Below, one piece after another: positions 40,301 to 55,300 of a stretch of DNA of 64,000 nucleotides; within the stretch, counting starts at the first letter, position 1, and each line of letters begins with the position of its first letter. The stretch comes from Lytechinus pictus. Taxonomy: Eukaryota. The notes under the pieces are model-generated. The model made no database searches, was not told the origin of the DNA, and saw nothing but the letters and a program-made list of their open reading frames with translations. The position numbers and the translations under genes are program-made. The DNA lies in contig NC_087245.1 in assembly GCF_037042905.1 (NCBI RefSeq), positions 40,798,001 through 40,862,000 on the forward strand, given 5' to 3'.

Positions 40301-43300
40301 AGTGAACTGACTAATCATTTGTGTGGTCCCTAATTGACTGCGTGTTATAAATAGCTAGTCTAAAAACTATACATTTTGAGATTTTGAGAGGAAAGTACTT
40401 TTTTTGCTACCCGTGAACATAATTAGTGTGGTATGAATATATTGAGTGGTGAATTAGTGTGCTATCATTCAAATTGGCCTATATTATAAGACTAGAGAGC
40501 TCAGAATGCCACATAATAGTTGAATAAATGAGGTAGCGCTATTAAGGCTACTTGTTTGTTTGTGCTTTAAATCTTGGATTCTGGGGAGCGTTTCATGAAA
40601 GGACTAGTCGGACATTTTATCCGACATGTCCTGCATCATCCGACAGTTACCATAGTAACAGTGCTTCTCAGCCAATCAAAATCAAGGAAAAATGTCAGAC
40701 AAAAATGTTGATGAAACGCTCTCTACCTCTCGGGACACTTTGTGAAAAAGAATACGACATAGAACATTTGATCATTAGCTAAATGTCCCAAGTGGGTAGT
40801 AGACCAAGCGATGATTGGACCGGACGGCAAATTAGACCAAATGGATGTAAACCATCCATTGTCAGCTGATTTCATCAAATGCATTAGACTTTTCTGTTTA
40901 TGCACTATTTAATCTAATGTGATTTACAATTAATTTACATCCAAAACTCCTTTACTCAATTTGATTTATTATATTGATTTCTTCGTTTTGTGTAATTTAT
41001 GTACTGCATGTATTGTTTACTCTTTGTATGTTATTGTATGTAATTGTAAACATATTATTTTAGCCATTGGCTGCTGATTGTGTGAATCATTATCAATTCA
41101 CCAGTTCTTTACTATACCATACCATACCATACTATACCATACTATACTATACTATACTATATCAGAGCTGCCAAGTTGTATTTTGCATTTTCAGTATTCT
41201 TATCCCCCAAAATCAGTATTTTGACAAAAAATCAGTATTTTTACAGTGTGAGATAAATATTTTGTATTTTCCCCCAAAAAGTGTATTTCATAATAAAATG
41301 CTTGGCGCACTTGCCCATCACGGCGCTCAAGCTGCATGCAAGCTAAAATGCGCACTGCTCTTACAGATGAAAAAAACAAACCATTGAAACATGTGTATAT
41401 CTCACCCTGGTTTTAACAAAATGATTTAAAACAAAACAAGTTACCTGAAATCACATTGATCTAATAACCATATTTGTGTACGCTTTATGAAATAGAGACA
41501 TATAGAGATGATTTTTCTCAAAAAATTACGATTTTTACAAAAAACGTATTTTTTAAAGAAAAAACGTACTGCCGTATTTTGGTTGCAAAAACGTACTAAA
41601 TATGGCTAAAACGTACTGGTTGGCAGGTCTGCTATGCCATACTATACTTACATGAGGTAAGGGCATACAACAGAATGAAGGCTGTGTTCATTGACCCATG
41701 GCGATGGACGTTGAACATGCCACACAGAGCCATTAATATAAGACAAGTAGCAAGGGTAAGGAACTGCATTCCAACACCTAGTAAAGACAAGATGATATGG
41801 AAAATGATCATTGTAAATGAATTCGAATCCCAGAATTCGTAGGACCTAAGAAAATGATTTGGGTTAGTCTCTAGTTCTAGAAACAACTAAACAAAGACGC
41901 TATCATTTTTTTTTTGTCCTTGTCAAGATTCAGATTGAATATGCTATCTTATTCACCGGTGCACGCTAGATACTGATTGTCAATAATTAACTTCCCCTGC
42001 AAGCCTTAACATTCTATTATCAAGATAAGTAACAAACATGAAAATCACTGTATATCAATATGCATAAATCTGGTGAGTTTCCTTAAAGGTCAAGTCCACC
42101 CCAGAAAAATGTTGATTTGAATCAATAGAGACAAATCTAACAAGTATAATGCTGAAAATTTCATCACAATCGGATGTAAAATAAGAAAGTTGTGACATTT
42201 CAAAGTTTCGCTTATTTTTCACAAAACAGTTATATGCACAACTCAGTGATATGCAAATGAGAGAGTCGATGATGTCCATCACTCACTATTTCTTTTGTTA
42301 TTTATTGTTTGAATTATGCAATATTTGAAATTTTACAGAATTGACAATAACGTAGAACTTGACTGAGCCACATAATGTTAAACAATGTTAATTCAACATG
42401 TTCCAGGAGGAATAAAACTCGATTTCACATGACAAGGGGGAGAAAATCAAAATATTTCATATTTCTTATAGTAGAATATAAAAGAAATAGTGAGTGGGTG
42501 ATGTCATCAGTCCCCTCATTTGCATACCAACCAGGATGTGCATATAACTGTTTTGTGAGATTATTTTACATCCGATTTTGACGAAATTTTCAGTGTTTTA
42601 TTTGTTGGATTTTTCTCTTTTTATTCAAATCCACTTTTTGTTGTGGTGGACTTGTCCTTTAATGCAGTCATTGCACGGATTGCTGTGCAATCACATACCA
42701 TAGGTCAAAGGAATCTCTGTTACACATTGACTTTAAATTTCTCCGGATATCATGAAAAGAATATTAGATATTGCAAGTAAACCAGGTGACAATATAACAT
42801 ATACTTTTTTCCATTTCAGATCATTATCAATGTTTGCTACTAAAACTAGAAAAGAGCTATAAGCTTGTAAATTTTCTTACTTTCAATGTATAAATTTGGG
42901 ATGGGTTTGATGAATAGCAGTCTCTCAATTACAATATACTGACCCCCCCCAAAAAAAAAATGGAGATATATATTGAAGATCCATCATTACCAGGCTTTAC
43001 TTTGCAGCTTATCTCCCCCCCCCGAACTTGATATAATTGTTACCTTTAAGATTGAAATCAGTTCTAAAAGACCCCTAGAATTAAAACAAATGTGACTGTG
43101 TGACTGAATCTAATGACCATTTCAAGGGTTTTGTGCCCTTAAATATTTCACACAAAAATAGCTGTTTAGCAATATGCAATTAAAGTAGTTAATTTTTAAG
43201 ACTTATCATCATTTTCATCATCATGGTCATCCTCATCATCATCATCATCATCATCACCACCACCACCATCACCACCACCACCACCACCACCACCACCATC

Positions 43301-46300
43301 ACCGTCATCACCACCACCACCACCACCATCATCATCACCACCACCACCACCACCACCATCACCATCATCATCACCACCACCACCACCACCACCACCACCA
43401 CCACCACCACCACCATCACCATCATCATCATCATCATCACCATCCTCCTCCTCCTCCTCAGAGCCTCTGTATACCTAATATTGAGCACAGCAGGCTCTTG
43501 TATGGAGGGAATCTAAAAACATCTGTGTGCACAATCTTCCAGCCATTTTCTTCCTGGTCTAACTCATCGGCTTCATCATCATCAAGATTGTATCTGGCAA
43601 AGTCGTTCTTCAGTACACGCATCTGAAGTGAAGGATAAAACATATTGGTGAACAATACCATTAACAGTTTCAAAATGATAAATAATCATACAAGAGACTA
43701 AAAATATTTACGTTTAATCCTAATTTATATTTCAATTTGATAAAAAATCCACATGGTCAAAACAACATCAGGAATGAAACTCAAATACCATATTAGTCAA
43801 AGACGTCGCAATTAAGATTAAATGACAGGTTTTGAATAACTTGCATTTTTTGTTGGGCAATCTTTTTTTTTCATGGTCATCTTTCAGATGTTTGGATTTT
43901 AAATAATATCTAATTGGAAATAAGAAAAATTGTACATTTGCTGATATTTTTAATGATTGATTATGCGTTGAGGATCAAACTGTCATACAATTACCCTCGT
44001 TTCATAAAGACTTGTTATCATAACAAATGCACAATTTCTATGATAAATTCACTATCAACCATTCAGATTTAAGAATTTCAGTAGCTTTTAACCGTTATTG
44101 TAATATTTTTATTACAAGTTTTATAAATGGGCCCCTGGGTACCATTCAATGAAGCTTGTCACTTGTCATCATTGCTGACATAGCAACAGACAGACCATTG
44201 CTTCTTGGACAATCAAAACCAAGGATTTTACTAAATTTGACGGAACTGACAATATAGTCAGTCAGTGCTGACAACTTGAAATAAATACTGCCTGGCAAGT
44301 ATTAATATGATCATAAAAGTCATATAAGAATATTCTGAACAAATCTTGCTAGCTTAGGAATACAACCTTACAAATTCAAATATATTGGTACAATAAGAAT
44401 GTCATACTTACCAAAATAATGACCACAAAACCAAGTAGAAGGAATACTAGCACCATGGAATTAATGATAGATAACCAATGAACCTGGGAAAAGTAAAACA
44501 AACAATTATATATACTTCGAAAGTAAGAAAGGCAGGAGATCTAAAACCAGAATAGAAACCCGAGTTGATAATTAGGTTCGGGTTCTGCTGGACTATTGCA
44601 GTAACACCTCATTAAAATGCAAGCGCAAGTCCACTGAGCAGATTGCTCAGTTTTGGAAATTTGCTCTAGACATGATGTAATATTTGGTCATTTGATATTG
44701 TAACAGATCTTCATATTGAATACAGAATAGTAGGATATGCATTAGGGCAGCGAGTGATTCCTCCGTAATGACAGCCAAAATCGCCTCTAACAATTGCAAA
44801 TTGGAATGCTTTTGGGTGTCCATCTTTTCAAAAGATGCCCTAAGATCTCCCAAGTAGTATTCAAGAGCATTACTCATGAATACATCAAACAAATATATCA
44901 GGCTTTGAGGAAGTATAGTGGAATTATTCATCCAAGGTTGGTCTGGCAATTACTATTTTTCCCAAGGGGCGAAGCCCCGAGGGAAATATAGTAGTTTTGC
45001 CATGATTTTTACTTGGTGATTCCATAAAAGTTGTCTAAATTAACCCAGGATTAACTAAACCATGATGTCAGAATACCACCCCATAAGTGCTCAACCCACC
45101 TCCAGAGTTCTTGGGAAGAAGCTGTTGTTCTTGACCTGCTTGAGACCTCTGTCACTGTACTTCATCTTGGATTCATGCCATGTGACAGCATAGGTGAATT
45201 TTATCTGGAGAGGTGGGGAGACATCGTCAAGGCTCTGGGGCTGCTTGTCTCTCGTTGTAACATTCACAAATATGATCTGAAAGAAAAACCAGAAAAATGT
45301 ACACATGAAGTTAGAAAAGTTTTAATAATGGAAGACTATATTGTGGCCAAGGCTATAGACCAGTTCGTAGTTACTCATGGACAATTTTTGGTCAAATGAC
45401 CTTTTATTTCTTTCATTATGATAGGCAGATTTCAAAGCAAAATATTACGTAAGCTTGCCTTACATATCAGGATGAAGAAATTGAACAGACCAGGTGACTA
45501 GAATAGCACACCAATGAACACTTTATGAAGGTATTTGGTGCATTCCTACTTTGAATGCATATCATAGCATGTTGCACAATGTACTTGGCAAACTGTGAAA
45601 ACCAGTCGTTCGTGGACGCGTTGTTGTTTTTGGTGGATGTAAATGAAAACCACAATTCAAAAGAATATATGAATAATCAAGACATCAAAGTTGGTGCTTA
45701 TCTCATTAGATTTTAAACCACCGTGTCACTTTAGTACAAATTACCTTCCTCTGATCATGCGTAGAATCTTTTGATCATGCGCAGAAAGGAACTACGAACT
45801 GGCTTATTGTTAACAACTATCCTATCACTACATATACAGACCTGTTAGCAAGCATCATACGGCAGGCCCATAAAATAAATTTCTTAGTTGAAACTTTGAT
45901 TGAGTATAAGAAAGACCCAGATCCATGATAGATCATTTGGAGTAAATCGAGAAAGCCGAATGATTTTTTGTGTTTGTCCAATGAGGATATTGGTCCGTTT
46001 TTCAGTCATTTGGGACACTTCCGGTTTCAATTCCAAGATATGAATTACACACAAGAAGATTGCACCATGTGCACATCTTATGCTTGAGTGAACCCCGAAC
46101 TTCAAACCTTGTTTTCTCCAAAATTCTTTGCAGCCCAGTGAATTTCTTCTGCATTCAATTCAAATACTCATGTGGATTATTGCTGATCAATTTTCACAAG
46201 TTATATAATATATCATTTTAAAGCTAAGGATATGCTTTTTCAAGCTCAAATTTCAATGTCATTGTTCATTTTTGGTGAATTATTGTTGGTTTGGGGTGGC

Positions 46301-49300
46301 AGGTCACAAATATTATTCAAAGAAATTCAAAGAATTCAAGGAATTCAAAGAGAAACATGTTAGAAACAATTTGTAATGATTACTCGTCAGCTTCCCGCAA
46401 GAAGGGACCTATCGAAAGTTTCTTTTAAAAAATCTTTTTTTTTTATTGTTGAAATGGAAAAAGCATGTCATGAACTTTCTTCTGGTACCTTTCTCGAACC
46501 TAAATGTGACTTCATTAAGGTGTAATAAGCAAAAACATTCTAACGTGCTTTACGCGCATAGATGCATCCTTTTTCTGGTAACTGAATCGCGCACTTTGTT
46601 CCCAGACATTCTTCGTTCAACGTACTTAAGCGCATAGACCGATTCGCGCTAACCATGTTTTTCCGGGAAATGGATTGTGCATTCGCGTTAGCGACATTTT
46701 TCTGGGAACTTGATCAGTGGATTGCGTATTTTCATTCCTGGAAAATGGGCGTAGGTATTCATTCTTAAGATTAAAAGGTGTTTAGAGTGTTTTAAATAAA
46801 ATCACATAATATCAATTAAGAACAAATCTTGCTTTGTCAGAAAATAATACACTAGATGCTAAAAGCACAAAAATACGGTCAAAACATAATTTGCCTTTTC
46901 TCAAAAATGTATATTTTGCACAAATGCGCACTAAGTCCCTTCTTGTGGGAAGCCGCTGATATCTAAGGTAGATGTAGAAATGTTGAGAGAAAATCAATGT
47001 TTCTGATCCACATAACTTATTAACCTCGGTAGGCTTGTCTTTTAACAATAACTTAATGTAATCAGCAATGAAATACAGAAAGAGTATATTGATTACAGAA
47101 GACTGCCCAAGTCGACATTCCATAGGTCGAATAGTCACCTAACCTGAGGCATCACTTCAAACCAGAATATGCAGAACATGTGTTAATAACATCTTCTCAG
47201 TTGAATGTCGCCGAAGTCAAACAGATATTTTCTGTCATCCCTAGAGATACCATTTAGGCAGAACCACCAGGGACCAGTGTTACAAAGAGTTGCGATTGAT
47301 CCTATCAATCTCAACTATGGAAAGCTAGCAACATCAACATCTAAAATGCATGTTTGTTCCAAATATTTTCTAGGTATGATGTATATTCATACATTCATTA
47401 TTCTCTTAAAGATTCAGTGTGATACTCTTTGTTTACTAGGATATTGAGCAAATTTCCTGTAGAAAAAAATTATGATATGGATGGATTTCCCTACAATTTA
47501 GATTAATTGGATCAATCGTAACTCTTTGTATGACGGGGCCCTGTAATACACTTCACTAGTACTGCATATTGAAACTATAGTGCGAGAATGTTACCTGATC
47601 TGCATTGTATTCTATGTGAAAATGATGGTGAACCCACAGGTATATCTTGTGAGTATGGGGTATGAAACCGCTCTCTTGGAAGTGACCCACAAAGCCTCGG
47701 ATGGGTATTTCATCTGGAAGAAAAGAAAACACAGGTCAAGAGTGAAACAAGCAAATTGATGCAAACTGTAAGTGAACAAAAGATTCATCTACAGAGTTAC
47801 AATAAAAAGCCTTTGCTATGCAGTGAAAATTGGGACATGTTTTTTTTTTTCAGGGTTCCCACAGAAATTTGAAAACAGAATTCCATGACTTTTCCATGAC
47901 TAAATTGCTGCTTTCCATAACTTCCCGTGAGGTCCCGGGAGTTATGTAGAATTTGGGATGTCACAAAACTGGGAAAAATGGAAGTCATGAACACCAATTA
48001 TAATAGAAGAGTATGATCACACAGTATGTGAGTTGCAAGACACAACAAACTGGAAATCTGCCATAGCCAAGAGGTAAATGCAATTCCATGACTTTTCACA
48101 AATTTTCCAAATTCCCTGACTTTCAATGACCACAAATTTTTCGAGGATTTCCATGACTGTGGGAACCCTGTTTTTTATTATTTTTTAAAAACATTATTAT
48201 CTATTAAAATCTATGTAATCTGGGACTAATCAATATATAAGTAATCAAGTGTACATGTAGACAGTTGTTTCCCAATATTTCATTGGAATTTGAATTGAAT
48301 GTAATATAAAAACCAATGCATTTGTAAGTAAATTCATAACTATTTATATATTGTATGAATGTATACTGATAATTCAGATGTATTTTATTTATTGTTCAGT
48401 ACAGTGAAATTTCAATGCAATGCACAAAATATAAATGTGACTTTTATTCATACGATCATACATGTATGTAATTTCATAATTGCTCTTTACAAAAAAGCAA
48501 ATACATGTTACATATCGATGATGCACTCACTAAACTCTTTGGCCCGTATTCTGAAGTCGGGTTCAACTTAGACCATGGTCTAACTCTGTGCTAAAATTAT
48601 GGGAAGCCAAAAGGGTCAAAATTTTTATTAAGTTGTATGTTTCTTATGTTTACTGTGATCTTTCCTGATTCATCGATGGTGAAAACAATCATCTATTTAT
48701 ACTTCCTACACAATTATGAATGATTTGAGAGCCAAATGAGGTGAAATATCATATCTCTACCGTTAGTGATTTATGTAACAATTGGCTATCCATACTTAAA
48801 CCACAACTTTAAACCTGAGTTTAAGTTAAACCCGACTTCAGAATACGGGCCTTTGTGACAGTTCACACATAGGATGAATCAATATCTGAAAGTACAGTGT
48901 ACATAGTTCCTGATATACATTTGTATGTAGACTTCCGGATGCAGTATAACTCACCTACAACAAACTCAAAATAATACAATTCTTCAATGGCCTCTCTAAG
49001 CTGCTTCAGATCTGCTTCCGAGAGCTTCATATCACATAGCACCTCACTATTTGTGTTCTCTGTCATAAACACACACAAAATAAATCATTAGTTGGATGAA
49101 AAGGGGTTCAATTACATGAAAGATATTCCATAAACATTGAGGGTGTGCTTTCCCAGACATCTTTAGCGAAGAATGCAAATTTCCATATACGCAAAAATGG
49201 CGAAATCACACACCTAATTTCTTTTTCAATAAGTTTGCCAAATTTTTACAGGTGCTCAAAAGAGTTGTTATTCGTGTATGGTTGGTCCAAAAACATTTCT

Positions 49301-52300
49301 CACGAACGAACCTTTAGCTCACTCTGGTAACAACTGACACTGACCAAGTTTTGTGAACCACATGGATTCCTGCACAAGATATCAAAGTTGGATTTTGCCA
49401 TTGCTTTTAACATGCATCTTTTGCAAATATTTGTAAGAGTAGATTGTCCAATGTTCATTACATGGTAAAACATAAAACAACAGACACATTTAGACCTTTA
49501 AATTTTCTGAAGCTTTTTTTCACTCAAATTAAACAGCATTAAGGCACATTTTTGTCAAATATTATTTATCTTCCAATGCAAGTTGTTTTGTAAGATATAT
49601 TTATATTTCACTCAATCTCATAATAAATGCATGAAAAAAAAAAACATTGTCTACAACTCTTCACATACTGAAAATCAAATTACAGTATAAATATAGAAGT
49701 GAATATAACATTTTCAAAGACCTATCACAACATTTTAGTATTTCACTGTATAAAAAAAGAATTCAAACCTTTGAATTTCATCTGGTACATAGATTCTGCC
49801 ATACGATCTCCATCTAAAATCTCTCCAAGTGTAAGACTTTTGGTTTCAACCTGTGATATAGAGGTGACAAAATTAATTTCACTACGAAATCTATGTTCCA
49901 ATTAATACAAATTATCAATACAGAGCTTAATACCTACATGTACATGTACTTTTTGTAGCATCATGAAGATGTGAATAATGAAAACTGCACAACATTACTG
50001 TTTAGAAGTATCCCCAATGCTATGATATGCTACATGTACATGTATGATATAGAAAATGTATTTATTCAGAGTCCATCCTGCATAGATGGACTACATGTGA
50101 GTCAAATAATTCAAATATTTCCTTTAAGTTGTAGGTATTCACATGACAAGTTATCTATTGCTATATTTAGAAATATTTGAAGACAAATAAAGTCATATCA
50201 TATATTTCATCAATCCTACAGATTCACAAAGTTGGAAAGTGTGCCTCTGCTCCATATCTACATGTACCGTTCTCTAGAATACCAGAATTATTGCAAGATA
50301 ATCATATCTGGCCCTACAATACATATTTCCATCAAAAATTTAATTTAATTTTTAAAATATTAAACCATGCTCATATTCTTAAAATAGCAAAAAGGTTTCA
50401 TTATTAACAATGCCATGCTCATGGTTAATAGATGCATTTCCAGGAGTTTTCTCAAAAAGCAAAACGTTGCATGATTGTACGTGTAATATTTAAGAAATCA
50501 CTGAATCAGCCAGATTATATTCAAGGAAAGCTTCTTTCTGCATTGTCAACAATTAGTCAAATACCAAATGTGCATTTGCACCTTATGCACAACTATACCG
50601 TCACCCCCAGTCTAAAGAGCATTCATGATGTGGTACCTTTTCTGGTCTGCATACTGGCAGCTGGTAGTAGTGATATGTTTCATGAGGGTTGAAGTACGGT
50701 CCCACCTTGTTGACATACAAAGGAACCTGGAGGGAAAAAACATAAAAAGTGCTCTTAATATATACTGCTCACTGTACTAGCTGTACAGCAATGTGTCCAT
50801 ATTTTGAATGGTCAATGAGTAATTCGACTTAAACTTAAAGGGGAATCCAGCCTTGGCCATAAAATGCTGTGTGGGGAAGGAGAAAAATAAATGAAACAGA
50901 ATGGTGAAACTTTGAAAGAAATCGGACAAGCAATACGAAAGTTATAGCTGCTTTAAAATTGAGATCATTAATACTATGTAGATTTCAAATTGGCAACTGG
51001 GTAAGTAAATTATGACAAGGGGCAAGGACAACTTTCCCATAGGCCATGTACTTTATTATCAGGGATTTGTGGTTTTCTCCTAAGTACCCATTCCCCTGGG
51101 GCAGTAATAAAAATATAACCCATGTAGTATATATTGTTTTATGTCCTCATGAAAGAAAAATATAATTTGGAATAAAACTTTTGGGAAAAATGACATTTTA
51201 GCCATAATATGTATTGGAGTACATGGAAGAGTAGTCCTTGCCTTACATCTCTATGACATCCCATATGCGGCCAATTTGAAGTCTCCATGGATATAGTGAT
51301 AACCAATATTTACAACTTTTAAAAATTCATAACTTTCTTGATGTTTGTCCAATATTGTTCAAACTTTCACCTATCAACTTGTCTGATTTTTCTTTTCCTT
51401 ATAAAAACAAGTTTTTATTTGGGTTGGATTCCCCTTTAAAGTCTTTATGACCACTTGATTTACATCCCAACACACACCAATGACATTATTACAGGCATAA
51501 TCCCACTCCACAGCACAGGAATGACCCAATTTCTATTCCAGTTTTGTAGGCCCGTTTTGGGTAAACGTGTACACGCCCGGTCAAGTCAGAGCACGTGTAC
51601 TGAATTCCATGACCGTGCACACGGTAGCATCTGTATAAAACTTGCGTGGGAGTTGTAAACAAGTGAACAATTATTTAATTGAATACAATTCTATTACCAT
51701 GCTCACAGCCTCACATTAATTCTAAGTTCCCAGATGCTGCACAAGTTTTAAAATTTAATCACTAAAATTCCACTTTCATACCCACCCTTGAAGTTCTGTA
51801 TTGCGCAAGAAGCCACAGCGCTCCCTCACAATGTTTTTATGAATGAAATATTGAAATCTGTCTTTGGCCGGCCTGGGGCACAGGCAGCGTGCATGAAGTT
51901 AACATACCATAGAGACAGTGACGTTATGCTTGATAAACCAATGGGCTATGAGCTTTTTGCCGCGCCTTCGTAGTACTTAACTACTACTTTAAAACTATAT
52001 TTATATTTCCTCAAAATGAAACCTGTTCTGTAATTATGATGCCTATCCACCATTTGAAGTTTATTTTGATCCTAGTTAGACCCCCCCCCTCTGTTCGTGC
52101 TGAGATAATTTATGCACGATTAATTCATGAATGGAATTTATCGTCATTGATCGCGCATGCGCATTGTGCTTTAATCAAACCAGATCGAAATTGATCGGAA
52201 AGGAAAATCATGATGCAATCAAGGTAAAATAAATCTTGCTTTCATTAAAAATATTTCTTATTATGACCACAGAACATTATTTAATCTTAATATTTTAACA

Positions 52301-55300
52301 ATAATTTGCAAATGAAAATTTTGAGCTTGATATGAAACATTGTATTTTGTTTCCATTTTTAATGTAGACATCACAAATTCCTCAATGACTGATGGGTGCA
52401 CTTGTCTAAAAATATTAAATCATGTCAGGATTGATTTTCAAACATCGTCGTTGCAGAAACTCTTCTCAAGATCGTAATATCACCATAGAATACAATCTTA
52501 CATGACAAAGCAGAGAAAATTACATTTGATATTCATTTCCATCAATTTGAAGCTTGTTTGTGCCCAACTCCGCATTAGAAATTAGAGCTCTGAATTGATG
52601 AATGGAAAACTATTTCATCAATCGCGCCTGCGTGATGTGCTTCTTTATCTCGGAGATGTCCAGAGTACTCACACATAACATAACTTTGCACGGACATTAC
52701 CAATATTTTTAGCATGGCCATAGAATGTTATTAAATCGTAATAATTCTACAATGATTTACATCTATAACAGGGCTCCACACTAACCCTTTTTTTCTACTG
52801 GTCCAACCTATTCATGTCGGACCAGTAGATACCCAGTTTTTCCATTTTTTACTGGTCCGAACCTAAAATCTACTGGTCCCAAAAAATAAAGAAAACATTT
52901 AAAAAAGGCGCAAGTTTATTTTGCTGTCCTTTCTTGTTACCCCCCCCCAAAAAAAAAAAAAAAAATGAAGGAATGAAAGTAAAAAAAGAAAGCAAGACAG
53001 AAAGAAACAAAGAATAAAAGAAAGGAAGAAAAAATAAAAGGTAAAGAAAGGATAGCTGTGAAGGAAGGAAAAAGAAAGAACTAAAGAAAGAAGGAAAGGA
53101 AGGAAGGAAAGAAAAACAAAATAAGAAAGAAAGAACAAAAGAAATAAAGGAATGAAGGAAAGAAAGAAAAAAAGAAGGAAAGAAATGAAGCAAGCAATAA
53201 AGAAAGAAAGAACAAGACAGAAAGTAATGAAAGAAAAAAAGAAAAAAGCAATGAAAAAAGAAAGGGCAAAAGGAGAGATGGAAAGAAGGAAAAAAGAAAA
53301 AGAAAGAAAGGAAGGAACAAAGGATTGAAAGAAGGAAGAGAGGAATTAAGGAAGAAATAAAGAAAAGGAACAAGTGGAATGCCTCTGGCCGTCTCACCTG
53401 CATCACGCGATTCAATATAGCAGCAGTGCTGATTTTGAAAACTACTATAACTCGCACAAGATGTTCAGTGATACTTGGTTACTCTTATTTCCACGTTTTA
53501 TGAACTAGACCAATACACTTATAGAGATATGATGGCAATTCAACAAATACCCCCAACGTGGCCAAAGTTCTTTGACCTTACATGACCTTTGACCTTGATC
53601 ATGTGACCTGAAACTCGCACAGGATGTTCAGTGATACTTGATTACTATTATGTACAAGTTTTATGAACTAGACCAACACACTTTCAAATTTATGGCTGTA
53701 ATTCAACAAATACCCCAATTTGGCCAAAGTTCATTGACCCTAAATGACCTTTGACCTTGATCATGTGACCTGAAACTTGCACAGGATGTTCAGTAATACT
53801 TGATTACTATTATGTCCAAGTTTCATGAATCAGATCCATAAACTTTCAAAGTTATGATGGTAATTCAACAGATACCCCCAATTCGGCCAAAGTTCATTGA
53901 CCCTAAATGACCTTTGACCTTGGTCATGTGACGTGAAACTCATGCAGGATGTTCAGTGATACTTGATTAACCTTATGTATAAGTTTCATGAACTAGGTCC
54001 ATATATTTTCTAAGTTATGATGACATTTCAAAAACTTAACCTTAGGTTAAGATTTTGATGTTGATTCCCCCAACATGGTCTAAGTTCATTGACCCTAAAT
54101 GACCTTTGACCTTGGTCATGTGACATGAAACTCAGGCAGGATGTTCAGTAATACTTGATTAACATTATGGCCAAGTTTCATGAACTAGGTCCATATACTT
54201 TCTAAGTTATGCTGTCATTTCAAAAACTTAACCTCAGGTTAAGATTTGGTGTTGACGCCGCCGCCGCCGTCGCCGTCGGAAAAGCGGCGCCTATAGTCTC
54301 ACTCTGCTATGCAGGTGAGACAAAAATGATAGAAGGAAAAAAGAATGAAGGAAAGAAATGAAGGAAGGAAAGATGGAAGCAAGCAAGCAAGCAATATAAA
54401 AAAAGAAAGAAAAGGTAAAAGAATAGATGAAAGGAAGACCGAAAGACAAAGAAAGGAAGGAAAGAAAGAAGAAATGAAAGAAAGGAAGCAAGCAGTAAAA
54501 TAAGAAAGAAAGAAAAGGTAAAAGGATAGATGGAACGAAGGGGAAAAAGAAAGAAAGAACAAAAGACAGAAAGAAGAAAGGAAGGAAGGAATGAAACTAA
54601 AAGAAAAAGAGAAAGGGCTGAAAGAAGGAAGAAATAAAAAACAAGAAAGGGTAAAGAAAGGATGGATGGAAGAAAACAAAGAAAGTAATAAAGAATGAAG
54701 GAAAGAAAGGGTAAAAAGAAGGAAGGGAAGAAAGAAAGAAAGAAAGAAAGAAAAAAAAAAAAATAGAGAAAAATATTTTTTTAAAGGACAGAAAGAATGA
54801 AAGACAAAGAAAATAGGGAAAATTATAAAAGAAAGACAGTAAAAAATTGAAAGATTAGAGGGAAGAAACAAAGAAATAAAGGATAGAAAGATAGAAAGAA
54901 AACAGAGGAAGAAAGCTAAAACTATCATCATAAATAATCAGTTTCTTTTTGGCTCAAAGCCGGGGTAATAATAATAGCAGGGCCCGCTGGGAGAACAGTT
55001 TTCGGAACTGAAGCGGCTTCCCTGGGTAAATATACCTGTATTATTATTATTATTATAATCAAAATATAGCTACGAAGGAACCCAGTGTATCAACACACAC
55101 ACAAATGCATATGTGGGGCTATCATGTTTTCAGACGATATCACTCGAAACCCGATCTGTTTGAACTAAAACGGAAGTGAAAATTTCTCCTTTTACTGCTT
55201 ACAAATGACATAGTTACTGTTACCTCACTTTTTAGGAAATATGGACATTATAAGAGCTTTTCATTACTGTGAAATGTTAATTTTGACAGTTCTGTTAGAG

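Noticed and set aside
53455..54260. Regularly spaced repeats resembling a CRISPR array
   Set aside because: Whole ~163-bp units are repeated with no unique spacers; eukaryotic context, no cas genes
52870..54931. 195-aa and 210-aa Phe/Leu/Ser-rich membrane-like ORFs
   Set aside because: Translation of GAAA-rich low-complexity DNA inside a transposon
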